Below the pieces are notes generated by a model. It was not told the DNA's origin. It ran no database searches and saw only the letters and a list, made by a program, of their open reading frames with translations. DNA of 11,869 bases from Conexivisphaerales archaeon (GTDB taxonomy: Archaea; Thermoproteota; Nitrososphaeria; Conexivisphaerales; DTJL01), in contig JBEKZX010000047.1 in the NCBI GenBank assembly GCA_049509455.1, forward strand, positions 1 through 11,869, read 5' to 3'. Position 1 is the stretch's first letter. Every line of letters starts with the position of its first letter. A program made the translations under genes and the position numbers. Shown piece by piece: positions 1 to 8,644 of this stretch.

Positions 1-81
1 TTGAAAACAACTTTACTTTCCTATAGCAAAGGAAATGTCTAAATACCATCCGCCTGATGCTTGTCTGACGTGAGATACTAG

Positions 82-390
82 ATGGAGTATGTATACGCTG
101 CTCTCATACTTCACCGACTTGGAAAGAAAGTGGACGAAGAGAGCATAAACAAGATAATCACCGCCGCAGGTGCTAAGCCCGACGAAATTAAAGTCAAGGC
201 GTTGGTAGCGGCCTTGGGCGAGATCAACATCGACGAGGCGCTGAAGTCCGCGGTGGCCTTGCCTGCCGCGCAAGCGGCTGCACCGGCCGCGGCAGCGGCT
301 CCGGCCAAGAAGGAAAAGAAGGAAGAGGAAAAGAAGGAAGAAAAGAAGGAAGAGGAAGCCCTCGAGGGCCTAGCCGCTCTCTTCGGTTAG
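82..390 (+). CDS. rpl12: Archaeal ribosomal stalk protein P1 (L12p)
   Basis: 102 aa; N-terminal [11 protein letters not shown], Ala/Pro hinge ([15 protein letters not shown]), Lys/Glu tract and C-terminal GLAALFG, all typical of archaeal P1. SD-like GTGAG at 70-74. Confidence 0.97.
   Translation: MEYVYAALILHRLGKKVDEESINKIITAAGAKPDEIKVKALVAALGEINIDEALKSAVALPAAQAAAPAAAAAPAKKEKKEEEKKEEKKEEEALEGLAALFG
307..357 (+). repeat. Purine-only low-complexity tract encoding [17 protein letters not shown]
   Basis: Only A/G bases; AAGAAGGAAGAGGAA occurs at 316-330 and 343-357. This is the normal charged linker of P1. Confidence 0.85.
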
Positions 391-412
391 TCTGACCTGA
401 GTCTCCCGTATA

Positions 413-428
413 TGTTCTGTTTCATTTC
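413..428 (+). terminator. Possible T-rich archaeal terminator of rpl12
   Basis: TGTTCTGTTTCATTTC lies 23 nt after the rpl12 stop, in a convergent intergenic region. It has no long uninterrupted T run. Confidence 0.35.
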
Positions 429-494
429 ACTAACGGCCTTAGCCGAGGCTCGGGGCATGCCTAATTAATGGAACCTGGCAGGCTCGCCGCTGCC

Positions 495-1271
495 CTATTC
501 TACCATCCCACGGATCGAAACGGAAGCGATGGCCAGGAAAAGCAAGGTGAAGCCCCCCAGGACGAGGGCGTCCAACGGAAGGGTGGAGTAGTCGCCCGTG
601 AGAATCATGGATCTGACAGCGTCCACGCCGTAGCTGAGAGGATTGAACACGGAGACGGTCTGCAGCCAGGCCGGCATCAGAGAAAGCGGGTATATGGCGT
701 TGCTGGCGAAGAAGAGCGGCATCGTGATCGCCTGTCCGATGCCCATCATCCGGTCGCGCGTCTTAAGAAAGGACGCCAGTATCATGGAAAGGGCAGAGAA
801 ACACATCGCGAAGACGACTATCGTTATGAAGACCCCCATTACGTCGAGTATGTCGAACCTCAGGTTAACTCCGATGATCAGCGCCAGGGCAAATATCATA
901 ATCGCCTGAAATATACCCCTCACTCCTGCGGCTAGCGCCTTGCCTACGATGATAGAGGACCTCGGCGAAGGCGTGGAGAGCAACTTGCTGAGCAGGCCGG
1001 CGTCCCTCTCCCAAACCACGGTGATTCCGTAGAAGATAGCTACGAAAAGGACCGACTGTGCTAGGACTCCCGGAGTTATGAACTGGATGTAGGTGTAGTT
1101 GCCTTGCGTTATGCCGCGGATAGATGTGAACACCTCGCCAAAGACCAAGAGCCAAAGCGCGGGCTGGACCAACCTGGTCCATAACTCGGTCGAATCATGG
1201 CGAATCTTCCTTGCCTCCATCTCAGCCACCGTCAACGAGCTGTGAACAAAACGAGTAATCGAGTTCATCAT
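495..1271 (-). CDS. ABC-2 type exporter permease (DrrB-like)
   Basis: 258 aa with about 6 hydrophobic segments. ABC-2 hallmarks: FITPGVLAQSVLF, WERDAGLLSKLLSTP, FASNAIYP, NPLSYGVDAVR. ATGA overlap with the ATPase gene. The start could be 1271 or 1268. Confidence 0.92.
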   Translation of the reverse strand: MMNSITRFVHSSLTVAEMEARKIRHDSTELWTRLVQPALWLLVFGEVFTSIRGITQGNYTYIQFITPGVLAQSVLFVAIFYGITVVWERDAGLLSKLLSTPSPRSSIIVGKALAAGVRGIFQAIMIFALALIIGVNLRFDILDVMGVFITIVVFAMCFSALSMILASFLKTRDRMMGIGQAITMPLFFASNAIYPLSLMPAWLQTVSVFNPLSYGVDAVRSMILTGDYSTLPLDALVLGGFTLLFLAIASVSIRGMVE

Positions 1272-2251
1272 CCAGCATGCCTCATGAAGCTTCTGCGAGC
1301 CTGACGCGCTTGCGAATAGCTCTCTACTTCCTCTATCCTGACCTTCGCGTATTTCAGGAAGACGTCGTCGAGGGTGGGCCTGTTTAGAGACATCGAAAGA
1401 ACGTGGAGGCCGTTCTGTTCGTAGTAGCCAACGATCTTGGGAATGGCTGTTTCGCCATTGAGGGTCAAAATGCTGACGGTGTCGTCCAAGACATGGACCA
1501 CTTTGCCCAACTCCGCCGGCAAGGGCATTTCAGCACCGCCGGACAGCTTGACGGTCACCATGTCCCCGCCCATTCCTCGCTTCAGTTCTGACGGAGTGCC
1601 GGCCGCAACGAACCTCCCCTGATTCATTATAGCAATGTTGTCGCAAAGCTCATCCGCCTCGGCCATGTCGTGCGTGGTAATCAAAACGGTCATGTTCAGC
1701 TCCCTGTTCAGGCGCATTATATGATTCCAGACTTGTCTCTTGGATGAAGGGTCGAGGCCGATGCTAGGTTCATCTAGAAAGAGGACACGGGGACGGCTCA
1801 CCACGGCCTCCCCGATTTCGAGTCGCCGCATCATGCCGCCAGAATAGTGCTTTACAAGATCGTTCGCCCGGTCCGTTAACTCCATCTCCGCAAGCGCCTC
1901 CTTAATCCTGACGTCGCGATCCTTCTTCTGGACGTAAAATAGCTTTGAGAATATCAGCAGGTTCTCGTATCCTGTAAGGTCGCCGTCCGCGGAGATGGCC
2001 TGGGGCACGTAGCCCATAAGCTGACGGACCTGAGAAGCAGACGACAGGGCGTCGATGCCGCATATCCGTATGGAGCCTGAAGTGGGCCTCGTCAACCCCA
2101 TGATCATCTTGATTACGGTGGTCTTGCCTGCTCCGTTGGGTCCCAGCAGCCCAAAGATTTCGCCGTCATCGACTTTGAAGCTGACCTTGTCTACGGCCGT
2201 GAAATCAGGTGGGTACGTCTTGGTGAGGTCGGTGACTTCTATGGCCGTCAA
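1268..2251 (-). CDS. ABC exporter ATP-binding subunit (DrrA-like)
   Basis: 327 aa; Walker A GPNGAGKTT, signature YSGGM, Walker B VLFLDEP, H-loop TTH, C-terminal PTLDDVFL. TTG start with GGTGTGA at 2264-2258. Confidence 0.95.
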   Translation of the reverse strand: MTAIEVTDLTKTYPPDFTAVDKVSFKVDDGEIFGLLGPNGAGKTTVIKMIMGLTRPTSGSIRICGIDALSSASQVRQLMGYVPQAISADGDLTGYENLLIFSKLFYVQKKDRDVRIKEALAEMELTDRANDLVKHYSGGMMRRLEIGEAVVSRPRVLFLDEPSIGLDPSSKRQVWNHIMRLNRELNMTVLITTHDMAEADELCDNIAIMNQGRFVAAGTPSELKRGMGGDMVTVKLSGGAEMPLPAELGKVVHVLDDTVSILTLNGETAIPKIVGYYEQNGLHVLSMSLNRPTLDDVFLKYAKVRIEEVESYSQARQARRSFMRHAG

Positions 2252-2288
2252 CGCCCGTCACACCAAGTCCCGCGCAACCAAGCCATGA

Positions 2289-2296
2289 TATTTAAA
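2289..2296 (-). promoter_or_regulatory. TATA box of the ABC exporter operon
   Basis: The minus strand reads TTTAAATA, a consensus archaeal TATA box, ending 37 nt before the TTG. This leaves room for a short leader containing GGTG. Confidence 0.7.
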
Positions 2297-2339
2297 CGAT
2301 ACTTCGTGCAGAATGCCCCCAGACGATGCTTCCTCCGCG

Positions 2340-3383
2340 TCAGGGTAGCAAGATCCTTCGAATCATTGATGAATAGACTTCTGTGCCCCTGAGATAATCG
2401 GCGGCGCTCACCGCCTCCCGGTTCGTATGTGAAAGGGAGGCGTCACCCGGCCCGTAGGCCACGCAGGGAGCCTTCGTGGTCAAGTAGAACTGGTTCATGT
2501 CGCTCGTTCCGACCTTGACGAGAGCCCTAGGCTGGACCCCGGCGGCTCGGACGGCAGCCGACGCTGCCCCGAACACGCGGTTCGTCCTTCCTACATTGAT
2601 CGGAGGCGTCAGCTCAGAGACTCCGACTTTGACGCCCTCTGAATGCTTGCGCTGCACGACTTTCAACGCTTCGGCGGAGCGGACATCTGTAGGGATCCTG
2701 ACGTCGAGGGCGACCCTGCACCTGTCGGGGATGATGTTCTCTACCCTCCCCCCTTTGATGACCGTTATGGAGGCCGCACAGCCAAGAGCGTTGAGCTCGT
2801 CCTTGAGCCGCGACGCGAGCTCGATGCCGATTTCCACAGCGTTGACCCCTAGGGCTGCGCTCGATGCATGAGCGGCCCTTCCTTTGACGTCGAACTCTAC
2901 GCCCAGCCGTCCTCTGTAGCCCACCACGATGCCTCCTCCGGAGGGCTCCCCGAAGACTCCGCCTACGTAAGGAAGTCCCTTGGATAGCACCGTTTTCATC
3001 CCCCTCCCGTTGGTCTCTTCCCCTACCACCGCCGCGTACATGATGCCGTCCATGCAGTCGGAGGCTGAACGAGAGGCAGCCACGCACATGGCCGCCAGGG
3101 AGGCCTTGGCGTCGACCGCCCCCCTTCCTCTGATGACGCCGCCGTCAAAAGAAACGGGCAGCTTCCCAGGCACCGTGTCCATATGGCTGCAGAGAAGGAA
3201 GTATGGTCCGGCCCCCTTTCTGGCCACGACGTTGCCAGCCGAGTCGACCTCGACGCTGTCGAAAGACGAATGGGTCACCAACCATCGACGAATGACCGAT
3301 GCTATCTCGTCCTCCTTTCCGCTTGGGGAATATATTTCGACCAGGTCTCTCAGGAGGCCCAGAGCGTCCCGCTCCGATGACAT
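2340..3383 (-). CDS. lysK: [LysW]-ornithine/lysine hydrolase (LysK/ArgE-like, M20 family)
   Basis: M20 metal motifs SHMDTV, GRGAVDAK, VGEE, GEPS, GTSDMN, YGPGD..SHT..E. Start placed at the ATG at 3383 (MSSERD), 1 nt after the lysJ stop and downstream of GAGGA. The ORF track start (3392) is less likely. Confidence 0.9.
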   Translation of the reverse strand: MSSERDALGLLRDLVEIYSPSGKEDEIASVIRRWLVTHSSFDSVEVDSAGNVVARKGAGPYFLLCSHMDTVPGKLPVSFDGGVIRGRGAVDAKASLAAMCVAASRSASDCMDGIMYAAVVGEETNGRGMKTVLSKGLPYVGGVFGEPSGGGIVVGYRGRLGVEFDVKGRAAHASSAALGVNAVEIGIELASRLKDELNALGCAASITVIKGGRVENIIPDRCRVALDVRIPTDVRSAEALKVVQRKHSEGVKVGVSELTPPINVGRTNRVFGAASAAVRAAGVQPRALVKVGTSDMNQFYLTTKAPCVAYGPGDASLSHTNREAVSAADYLRGTEVYSSMIRRILLP

Positions 3384-3384
3384 C

Positions 3385-4557
3385 TCATGCATCCTCTTTG
3401 AAGGCCGTTTCGATTATGGGGACCGCCTCGGCCAAGACCGTGGCATCGATGTTGATGGGAGGCAGCATCCGCACCACGTTGAGCCCCGTCGGGATTGGCA
3501 GGAGCCCGCTGGATAGTAGCTTCCTGATTACAGGGCCGCTGGGCTGCTTGGTCTCCACCGCGAGCATGAGCCCGACGCCCCTGGCCTCCCTCACCACCGA
3601 GTGCGGCAGGCGTTCGAAGACCTCCATGAGCCTGGAGCCCATGTCGGCCGCGTTGAGCCAGAGCTTCTTCGATATCACTTCGTTGAGAGTGGCGGCACCG
3701 GCGGCGCAGGAAATGGGGTTGCCACCGAAGGTCGTGGTATGCTCTCCCTTCGACCAAACAGATGCGACCTCCGTTGTCGTCAGGACGGAGCCAATGGGGA
3801 TCCCTGAAGCCAACCCCTTCCCGAAACACATGATGTCAGGCCGGATGCCTGAGTGCTCGTGAGCCCATAGGCGGCCTGTCCGTCCCATGCCGGACTGGAT
3901 TTCGTCGACGATTAGCAGCACGCCAGCGTGCCGACAGGTCTCCTCGACCTCCTTCAGAAAACCTGAAGGTGGCACCCTGATGCCGGCCTCTCCCTGGACC
4001 GGCTCCACCATGACAGCCGCCGTTTCGCCATCAATGAGCTGGGCGACGCTCGACGAGTCACCGTATCTGGCGAATTTGGTCGGCAGCAACACGCTCTGAT
4101 ATGGCTCCCTGTACTTCGAGCCCCATGTGAGTGAAAGCGCACCGAGGGTCTTGCCGTGGTAGGCACCTTGGAAGGCGACGAAACCCTTCTTCCCCGACTT
4201 CTTGACGGCGAGCTTCATGGCGGCCTCCACAGCCTCGGCTCCGCTGTTGCAAAGGAAGGCCTTGTCCAGACCCTTGGGGGCCGCCAAGCTGAGCGCCTCC
4301 AAGAACCTCTGACGGGCGTCGTTGTAGAGGCTTCCATGGCAGACCATGAGTTTGCCTACCTGATCGACGATGGCCGCGGTGACCATAGGGGGGCGATGGC
4401 CCAGTATGGCCGTCCCATAGCCCGTAGCAAAGTCGATGAGCCTTCTATCTTCCGCGTCCCAGATGTAAGATCCCTCCCCCCTTGTGATCTTGAGGGGGAG
4501 CTTGGCGTACGTGGGGATGAGCCACTGGTCTTCGACGTTGAGGGGCTCGGCGCTCAT
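3385..4557 (-). CDS. lysJ: [LysW]-semialdehyde transaminase (LysJ/ArgD, class III PLP)
   Basis: 390 aa; NSGAEAVEAA, YHGKT, EPVQGEAG, DEIQSGMGRTG, PLP lysine in FGKGLASG, TTFGGNP. ATGA overlap with lysZ. Confidence 0.93.
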   Translation of the reverse strand: MSAEPLNVEDQWLIPTYAKLPLKITRGEGSYIWDAEDRRLIDFATGYGTAILGHRPPMVTAAIVDQVGKLMVCHGSLYNDARQRFLEALSLAAPKGLDKAFLCNSGAEAVEAAMKLAVKKSGKKGFVAFQGAYHGKTLGALSLTWGSKYREPYQSVLLPTKFARYGDSSSVAQLIDGETAAVMVEPVQGEAGIRVPPSGFLKEVEETCRHAGVLLIVDEIQSGMGRTGRLWAHEHSGIRPDIMCFGKGLASGIPIGSVLTTTEVASVWSKGEHTTTFGGNPISCAAGAATLNEVISKKLWLNAADMGSRLMEVFERLPHSVVREARGVGLMLAVETKQPSGPVIRKLLSSGLLPIPTGLNVVRMLPPINIDATVLAEAVPIIETAFKEDA

Positions 4558-5354
4558 TCGATGACCGTCCCCTTTCCTTCCGACAGCGCGGCGCTTATCG
4601 GCCGTTCAACCTTTCCGTTGGATATGATCACTTTGGAGACGCCGCCCTTCAGCGCCTTGGAGGCCGAAAGGAGCTTGCGATTCATGCCCACCCCAGTATT
4701 CTTAATCAGGGCCTCCAACTCGTCGGCTGAGACCTTGGAAACGACCTTTCCGTCAACGAGCAGGCCGTCCACGTCAGTGAGGAATAGCAATGAGTCAGCT
4801 TTCAAGGCTGATGCGATGGCTGCCGCCGCGGAGTCCCCGTCCATGTTCACTAAATCCTTGCTCGCGTCCATGCCCAAGGGGGCGACGACGGGAACGATGG
4901 ACAATTCGAAAAGGCTCTTGATCAGCCCAGAGTTGACGGCGATAGGCCTCCCGGAATGGCCTCCGTCGATGGCCATCTTCCTTCCCTGGTTGACGACCAG
5001 AATCTTCTCCCGCCGCTCTGCCTGCATGAGTCCGCAATCGGCCCCCGTAAGGCCCAGCGCTTGGACGCCTTGACGCTCCAGCGCCTGGACGACGCGCGTG
5101 TTCACCAAGCCCGCCAAGACCATTAGACAGGCTTGAAGGGTGTCGTCGTCGGTGTACCTGCTGCGGACTCCAGAAGGGGCGGTGACGAACTTCTGCTTTA
5201 TCCCCATGCGCTCGCCGAACCTGGTAACGAGGTCTCCCCCTCCGTGCACGATGGCTAGCGGACCGAGGCTGCGGTTGGACGCGATGTCAGCCCCGATTCC
5301 GTCTAGGAAGGGGCCTTCGGTGAGCCGTCCGCCTATCTTTACGATTGTCACCAA
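4554..5354 (-). CDS. lysZ: [LysW]-glutamate/aminoadipate kinase (LysZ/ArgB)
   Basis: 266 aa amino-acid kinase fold: VKIGG, IVHGGG, SRYTD, NMDGD, LTDVDG, GMNRKL. Start is TTG 5354 or GTG 5351. Confidence 0.92.
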   Translation of the reverse strand: MVTIVKIGGRLTEGPFLDGIGADIASNRSLGPLAIVHGGGDLVTRFGERMGIKQKFVTAPSGVRSRYTDDDTLQACLMVLAGLVNTRVVQALERQGVQALGLTGADCGLMQAERREKILVVNQGRKMAIDGGHSGRPIAVNSGLIKSLFELSIVPVVAPLGMDASKDLVNMDGDSAAAAIASALKADSLLFLTDVDGLLVDGKVVSKVSADELEALIKNTGVGMNRKLLSASKALKGGVSKVIISNGKVERPISAALSEGKGTVIE

Positions 5355-5360
5355 ACGCGA

Positions 5361-6410
5361 TCACACTGGAAACACGGGAACCAAGTCTAGGCCGGAGCTC
5401 TCCGGGTAGCCGCCCATCACATTCAGACACTGCACCGCGTTGCCTGCAGCCCCTTTCATCAGGTTGTCCAGGGCGGCAACGACCATCAGATGCTTCCCGT
5501 CGGGCTCCAGCTCGAAGCCGATGTCACAGAAGTTCGAGCCGATGGAAAGCTTGGGATCGGGGAGCTTGAAGCTGCCTAGCTTGTCTTTAACGAGCCGGAT
5601 GAAATGCTCGTTACCGTAGGCGCCGCGGAGTCGCTGCCAGACGTCTTTGGCTGCGATGGGTTCCTTGGCCGTGATGTAGAGGGTGACCAGGATCCCGCGG
5701 ACCATGTTGACAGCATGGGCGGAGAAGAGGACGTCCACTCCGCCCTTATCGCGGGACCTGAGGAAGGTCCTGACTTCTGAGCCATGGCGGTGGTTCCCCA
5801 ACTTGTACGGTCTGACGGTTCCATACCTGATGGCATGCATCCCGGCGGGCGACGGCTTGGAGCCTGAGCCCGACGAGCCCACCTTGGCGTCGATAATCAG
5901 GCCTGCCTCATCATCCATGAGCTCCGTGAAAGGGGCCAAGGCTAGGATCGAAGTCAGCGCCATGCAGCCGGGGTTGGCCACAAGGTTGCTCGAAGCTATC
6001 GACGCACGGTATAGCTCCGGAAGGCCATATGCGAAATGGGACAGCAGCTGCTGGTCGGGGTGCACCATGCTGTAGTGGAGCTGGAAGTCCTCGGCCTTGG
6101 GGAGACGGTAGGCGGGGCTCATGTCTATCACCTTCACACCCGCGGACGCTAGCCTGGGGACTGCGTCAAGAGACGCCTTGAGAGGAAGAGATGTGAACAC
6201 GAGGTCGCTGTTGCTCACGATCCTCTCGAGGTCGTACGAAATGAACTGAAGATTGGAGACGCCCCGAAGGTGTGGATGAGCCCTGTGAATGAACTCGCCC
6301 GCGTACTCTCTGGAGGAGATGTTGGCAATTTCGACGGAGGGGTGCCGCAGGAGTAGGCGGAGCAGCTCTCCGCCCACGAAGCCGGAAGCACCCATGATGC
6401 TGACCTTCAT
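5361..6410 (-). CDS. lysY: [LysW]-phosphate reductase (LysY/ArgC)
   Basis: 349 aa; Rossmann GASGFVG, catalytic NPGC, GSSGSG, HRH, DNLMKGAAG. ATGA overlap with lysX. Confidence 0.94.
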   Translation of the reverse strand: MKVSIMGASGFVGGELLRLLLRHPSVEIANISSREYAGEFIHRAHPHLRGVSNLQFISYDLERIVSNSDLVFTSLPLKASLDAVPRLASAGVKVIDMSPAYRLPKAEDFQLHYSMVHPDQQLLSHFAYGLPELYRASIASSNLVANPGCMALTSILALAPFTELMDDEAGLIIDAKVGSSGSGSKPSPAGMHAIRYGTVRPYKLGNHRHGSEVRTFLRSRDKGGVDVLFSAHAVNMVRGILVTLYITAKEPIAAKDVWQRLRGAYGNEHFIRLVKDKLGSFKLPDPKLSIGSNFCDIGFELEPDGKHLMVVAALDNLMKGAAGNAVQCLNVMGGYPESSGLDLVPVFPV

Positions 6411-7255
6411 TTGGCAGCCTTCCTTAGAGCGTAATCAAGTATCCGCCCGGCTATATCGACGCCGGTTCCTCCTGCGGCGCCCCTGAACTCTACGTTGGAG
6501 TTGACTTCATGGACCATCAGGCCCTGCGGACCTTCCATGGAATCGACGCCCACTATTTCACCGCCGACGACCTCCGCTGCCTTAAGCATGAGCTCCCTCC
6601 CCTCACGGTCGAGCTGGCATGGCTTCGCAGTACCGCCGAGGGCAACGTTGGACCTCCAGTCGCCTTCTGGGGCATAGCGATAGATGCTGGCGACCACCTC
6701 GCCGCCCACGCAGACGGTGCGTATGTCCCTGCCGGGGTTCTGGATGAACTCCTGCAGATAGTAGACGTGGTCATCGGGGTCCCCGGAACCCTCCTTCAGC
6801 TCGAGGTAGGACTTCAGGGAGCGTGCATCTGAAAGGACGGCCACCTCCCTCCCCCAAGAGCCGTTGAGTGGTTTCATGACAATCGGGTAGCCCAGCTTGT
6901 CGGCTCCCTGGAGGGCGGATTCCACAGAAAATGCTTCCGCGGTCCTGGGATGCGGGATGCCAGCGCCCAGGAGCCGGAGGCCGGTGGCGAACTTGTCGCC
7001 GCATATCTCGGAGACTCTGCTGGCGTTGATGACGGTGGTCCCTCCGAGTTCGAAATACTGGGCGGCGCGTATTCCTCTGGTGTGGCTGACGCATCTTTGT
7101 AGGGCTATGCCGGGAAGGTCACGTTCGCGTGGAATCTGGTACAGCAGCCCTCGGACGTCTACTAAGTCGAGAGGTATGCCCCTTTCAGATGCCCTCGCGT
7201 GGAGCTGCTTCTCTTCCCACCGAACGCGGTCGTAGAAGAGGGTTATCTTCGTCAT
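6407..7255 (-). CDS. lysX: LysW-amino acid ligase (LysX/ArgX, RimK-family ATP-grasp)
   Basis: 282 aa; YDRVRWEE, RCVSH, GDKF, KP..GSWGR, QEFI..PGRDIR, GVD, EVN. Adjacent to lysW. Substrate (Glu vs aminoadipate) is unresolved, so it may be argX. Confidence 0.92.
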   Translation of the reverse strand: MTKITLFYDRVRWEEKQLHARASERGIPLDLVDVRGLLYQIPRERDLPGIALQRCVSHTRGIRAAQYFELGGTTVINASRVSEICGDKFATGLRLLGAGIPHPRTAEAFSVESALQGADKLGYPIVMKPLNGSWGREVAVLSDARSLKSYLELKEGSGDPDDHVYYLQEFIQNPGRDIRTVCVGGEVVASIYRYAPEGDWRSNVALGGTAKPCQLDREGRELMLKAAEVVGGEIVGVDSMEGPQGLMVHEVNSNVEFRGAAGGTGVDIAGRILDYALRKAAK

Positions 7256-7264
7256 TTGGCCGGC

Positions 7265-7435
7265 TTATTCTCCCCAGTCTTCTTCAATCTTGGGTGCAGC
7301 CACCAGCTGAACGGTGGAGCCCATTTCTTTGACCTCGAACTCTGTGCCGCAGTCGGGGCAGGAGACGATTTCACCCTTCAGCGCATCGTCGGCTACGGGC
7401 ACGCTGCCGCCACATTCCGCGCAAGTCGCGTTCAT
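7265..7435 (-). CDS. lysW: Amino-group carrier protein LysW/ArgW (56 aa)
   Basis: MNATCAECGGSVPVADDALKGEIVSCPDCGTEFEVKEMGSTVQLVAAPKIEEDWGE: two CxxC motifs, acidic, C-terminal EDWGE. ATGA overlap with the argG stop. It is the tail of the 155-aa ORF in the track. Confidence 0.97.
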   Translation of the reverse strand: MNATCAECGGSVPVADDALKGEIVSCPDCGTEFEVKEMGSTVQLVAAPKIEEDWGE

Positions 7436-8643
7436 GCTAACACCTCCTTTGTCTTCAACAGGCTTCTTCTCGCAGCCATAACGGACGGAAGCCCCCAGAG
7501 CTTGATGAATCCCTCGGCAGCCTTCTGGTCGAAGGTGGAGTCGACGCCGTATGTGGAGAGCTGTTTCTGATAGAGAGCAAAGGGAGACGACCTGCCCACA
7601 ACGCGACAAGCTCCCTTGAAGAGCTTGACCCTCGTGTCTCCGGTGACGAACTCCTGAGTTGAATCGATGAAGCTCTGCAGGTCTTTGAGCAGCGGGTCTA
7701 TCCAGAGCCCAGAGTACACGAGCCAAGACCACTGCTGTTCGACCGCGGGTTTGAAAGCAGCCTCCGACCTCGTCAGGACCAACTTTTCCAGCTCCCTGTG
7801 GGCTTCAATCAAGACCGTAGCGGCGGGGCATTCGTAGACCTCATGGGATTTTATTCCGACCGACCTGTCCTCCATGTGGTCGAGCAGCCCCACTCCATGG
7901 CTGCCGGCTAAGCGGTTCAATCGGATTATGAGATCGGAGAGCTTCATATCTTGACCGTCCAAGGAAGTGGGAACCCCTTCCTCGAAGCCGATTGTAACAT
8001 ATGATGGCTCAGCGGGCCAGAGGCCGGGCGCTCGAGTCCACTCCAGGGCTTCCTGTGGCGGCTCGTCGGCAGGGTTTTCAATGCTACCTCCCTCGACGGA
8101 CCTCCCCCACAGGTTCTGGTCAACGCTGAACTCCGACCGCTTCATTGGTGCGTCGAAGCCCTTCGACCTGAGATAGTCTACCTCTTCGTTCCGGCTGAGG
8201 TTCCATTCCCTCACGGGAGCCACCACCTTAAGGCTGGGGTTGAGGGCGCTAACGGCAAGATCGAACCTGACTTGGTCGTTGCCCTTCCCGGTGCAGCCGT
8301 GCGCCACGGCCGTCGCCCCCTCCTTCTCGGCGACTTCTACCATCTTGGCGGCGATGAGCGGGCGAGCCAAGGCCGTGCTAAGAGGGTACTTCCCCTGGTA
8401 GAGTCCGTTGGCCTTGATGGACTTGGCGATGTAGGCGTTGGCGAATTCCTCCTTTGCGTCGATCTCGAGGTGCTTGACGGCACCGAGCTCCTGGGACCTC
8501 TTGGCGATGGGAGCAAAGTTCTCCTCTTGCCCGACGTCGACAGTCAGAGTGACGACATCGTAACCATACTTCTCTTTGAGCCATAGTATAGCCGTGGTCG
8601 TGTCAAGACCTCCGGAATAGCCCAACACGATTTTGGAAGCCAT
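7432..8643 (-). CDS. argG: Argininosuccinate synthase
   Basis: 403 aa from MASKIVLGYSGGLDT; HGCTGKGNDQVRF, SVDQNLWGRS, GIKSHEVYECP, GFIKLWGL. The ORF-track start (8673) lies inside the TATA element. Confidence 0.96.
   Translation of the reverse strand: MASKIVLGYSGGLDTTTAILWLKEKYGYDVVTLTVDVGQEENFAPIAKRSQELGAVKHLEIDAKEEFANAYIAKSIKANGLYQGKYPLSTALARPLIAAKMVEVAEKEGATAVAHGCTGKGNDQVRFDLAVSALNPSLKVVAPVREWNLSRNEEVDYLRSKGFDAPMKRSEFSVDQNLWGRSVEGGSIENPADEPPQEALEWTRAPGLWPAEPSYVTIGFEEGVPTSLDGQDMKLSDLIIRLNRLAGSHGVGLLDHMEDRSVGIKSHEVYECPAATVLIEAHRELEKLVLTRSEAAFKPAVEQQWSWLVYSGLWIDPLLKDLQSFIDSTQEFVTGDTRVKLFKGACRVVGRSSPFALYQKQLSTYGVDSTFDQKAAEGFIKLWGLPSVMAARRSLLKTKEVLA
7441..7448 (-). promoter_or_regulatory. Shine-Dalgarno site for lysW
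   Basis: The minus strand reads AGGAGGTG, 5 nt upstream of the ATG at 7435. Confidence 0.85.
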
Positions 8644-8644
8644 A

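Noticed and set aside
307-357. Tandem AAG/GAA repeats as a repeat array
   Set aside because: They simply encode the normal Lys/Glu linker of ribosomal P1; there are no spacers or CRISPR structure.
3384-3392. MHE extension (ATG 3392) as the lysK start
   Set aside because: The SD-like GAGGA abuts that ATG but is well spaced from the ATG at 3383, which directly follows the lysJ stop.
4156-5073. 305-aa + strand ORF, and the other long opposite-strand or alternate-frame ORFs (e.g. 468-935, 2980-3516, 3299-3862, 11437-11859)
   Set aside because: All lie over well-supported genes, show no recognisable motifs, and are expected shadows in GC-rich coding DNA.
495-7435. LysW cluster plus exporter as an amino-group-carrier secondary-metabolite cluster (Streptomyces vzb-like)
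   Set aside because: No transketolase, NRPS or tailoring genes are present, and tight coupling to argG/argH explains it as primary arginine metabolism.
7265-7732. 155-aa ORF ending in EDWGE as an N-terminally extended LysW
   Set aside because: The extension overlaps argG in another frame and has no recognisable motif. The internal ATG at 7435 has a perfect SD and gives a canonical 56-aa LysW.
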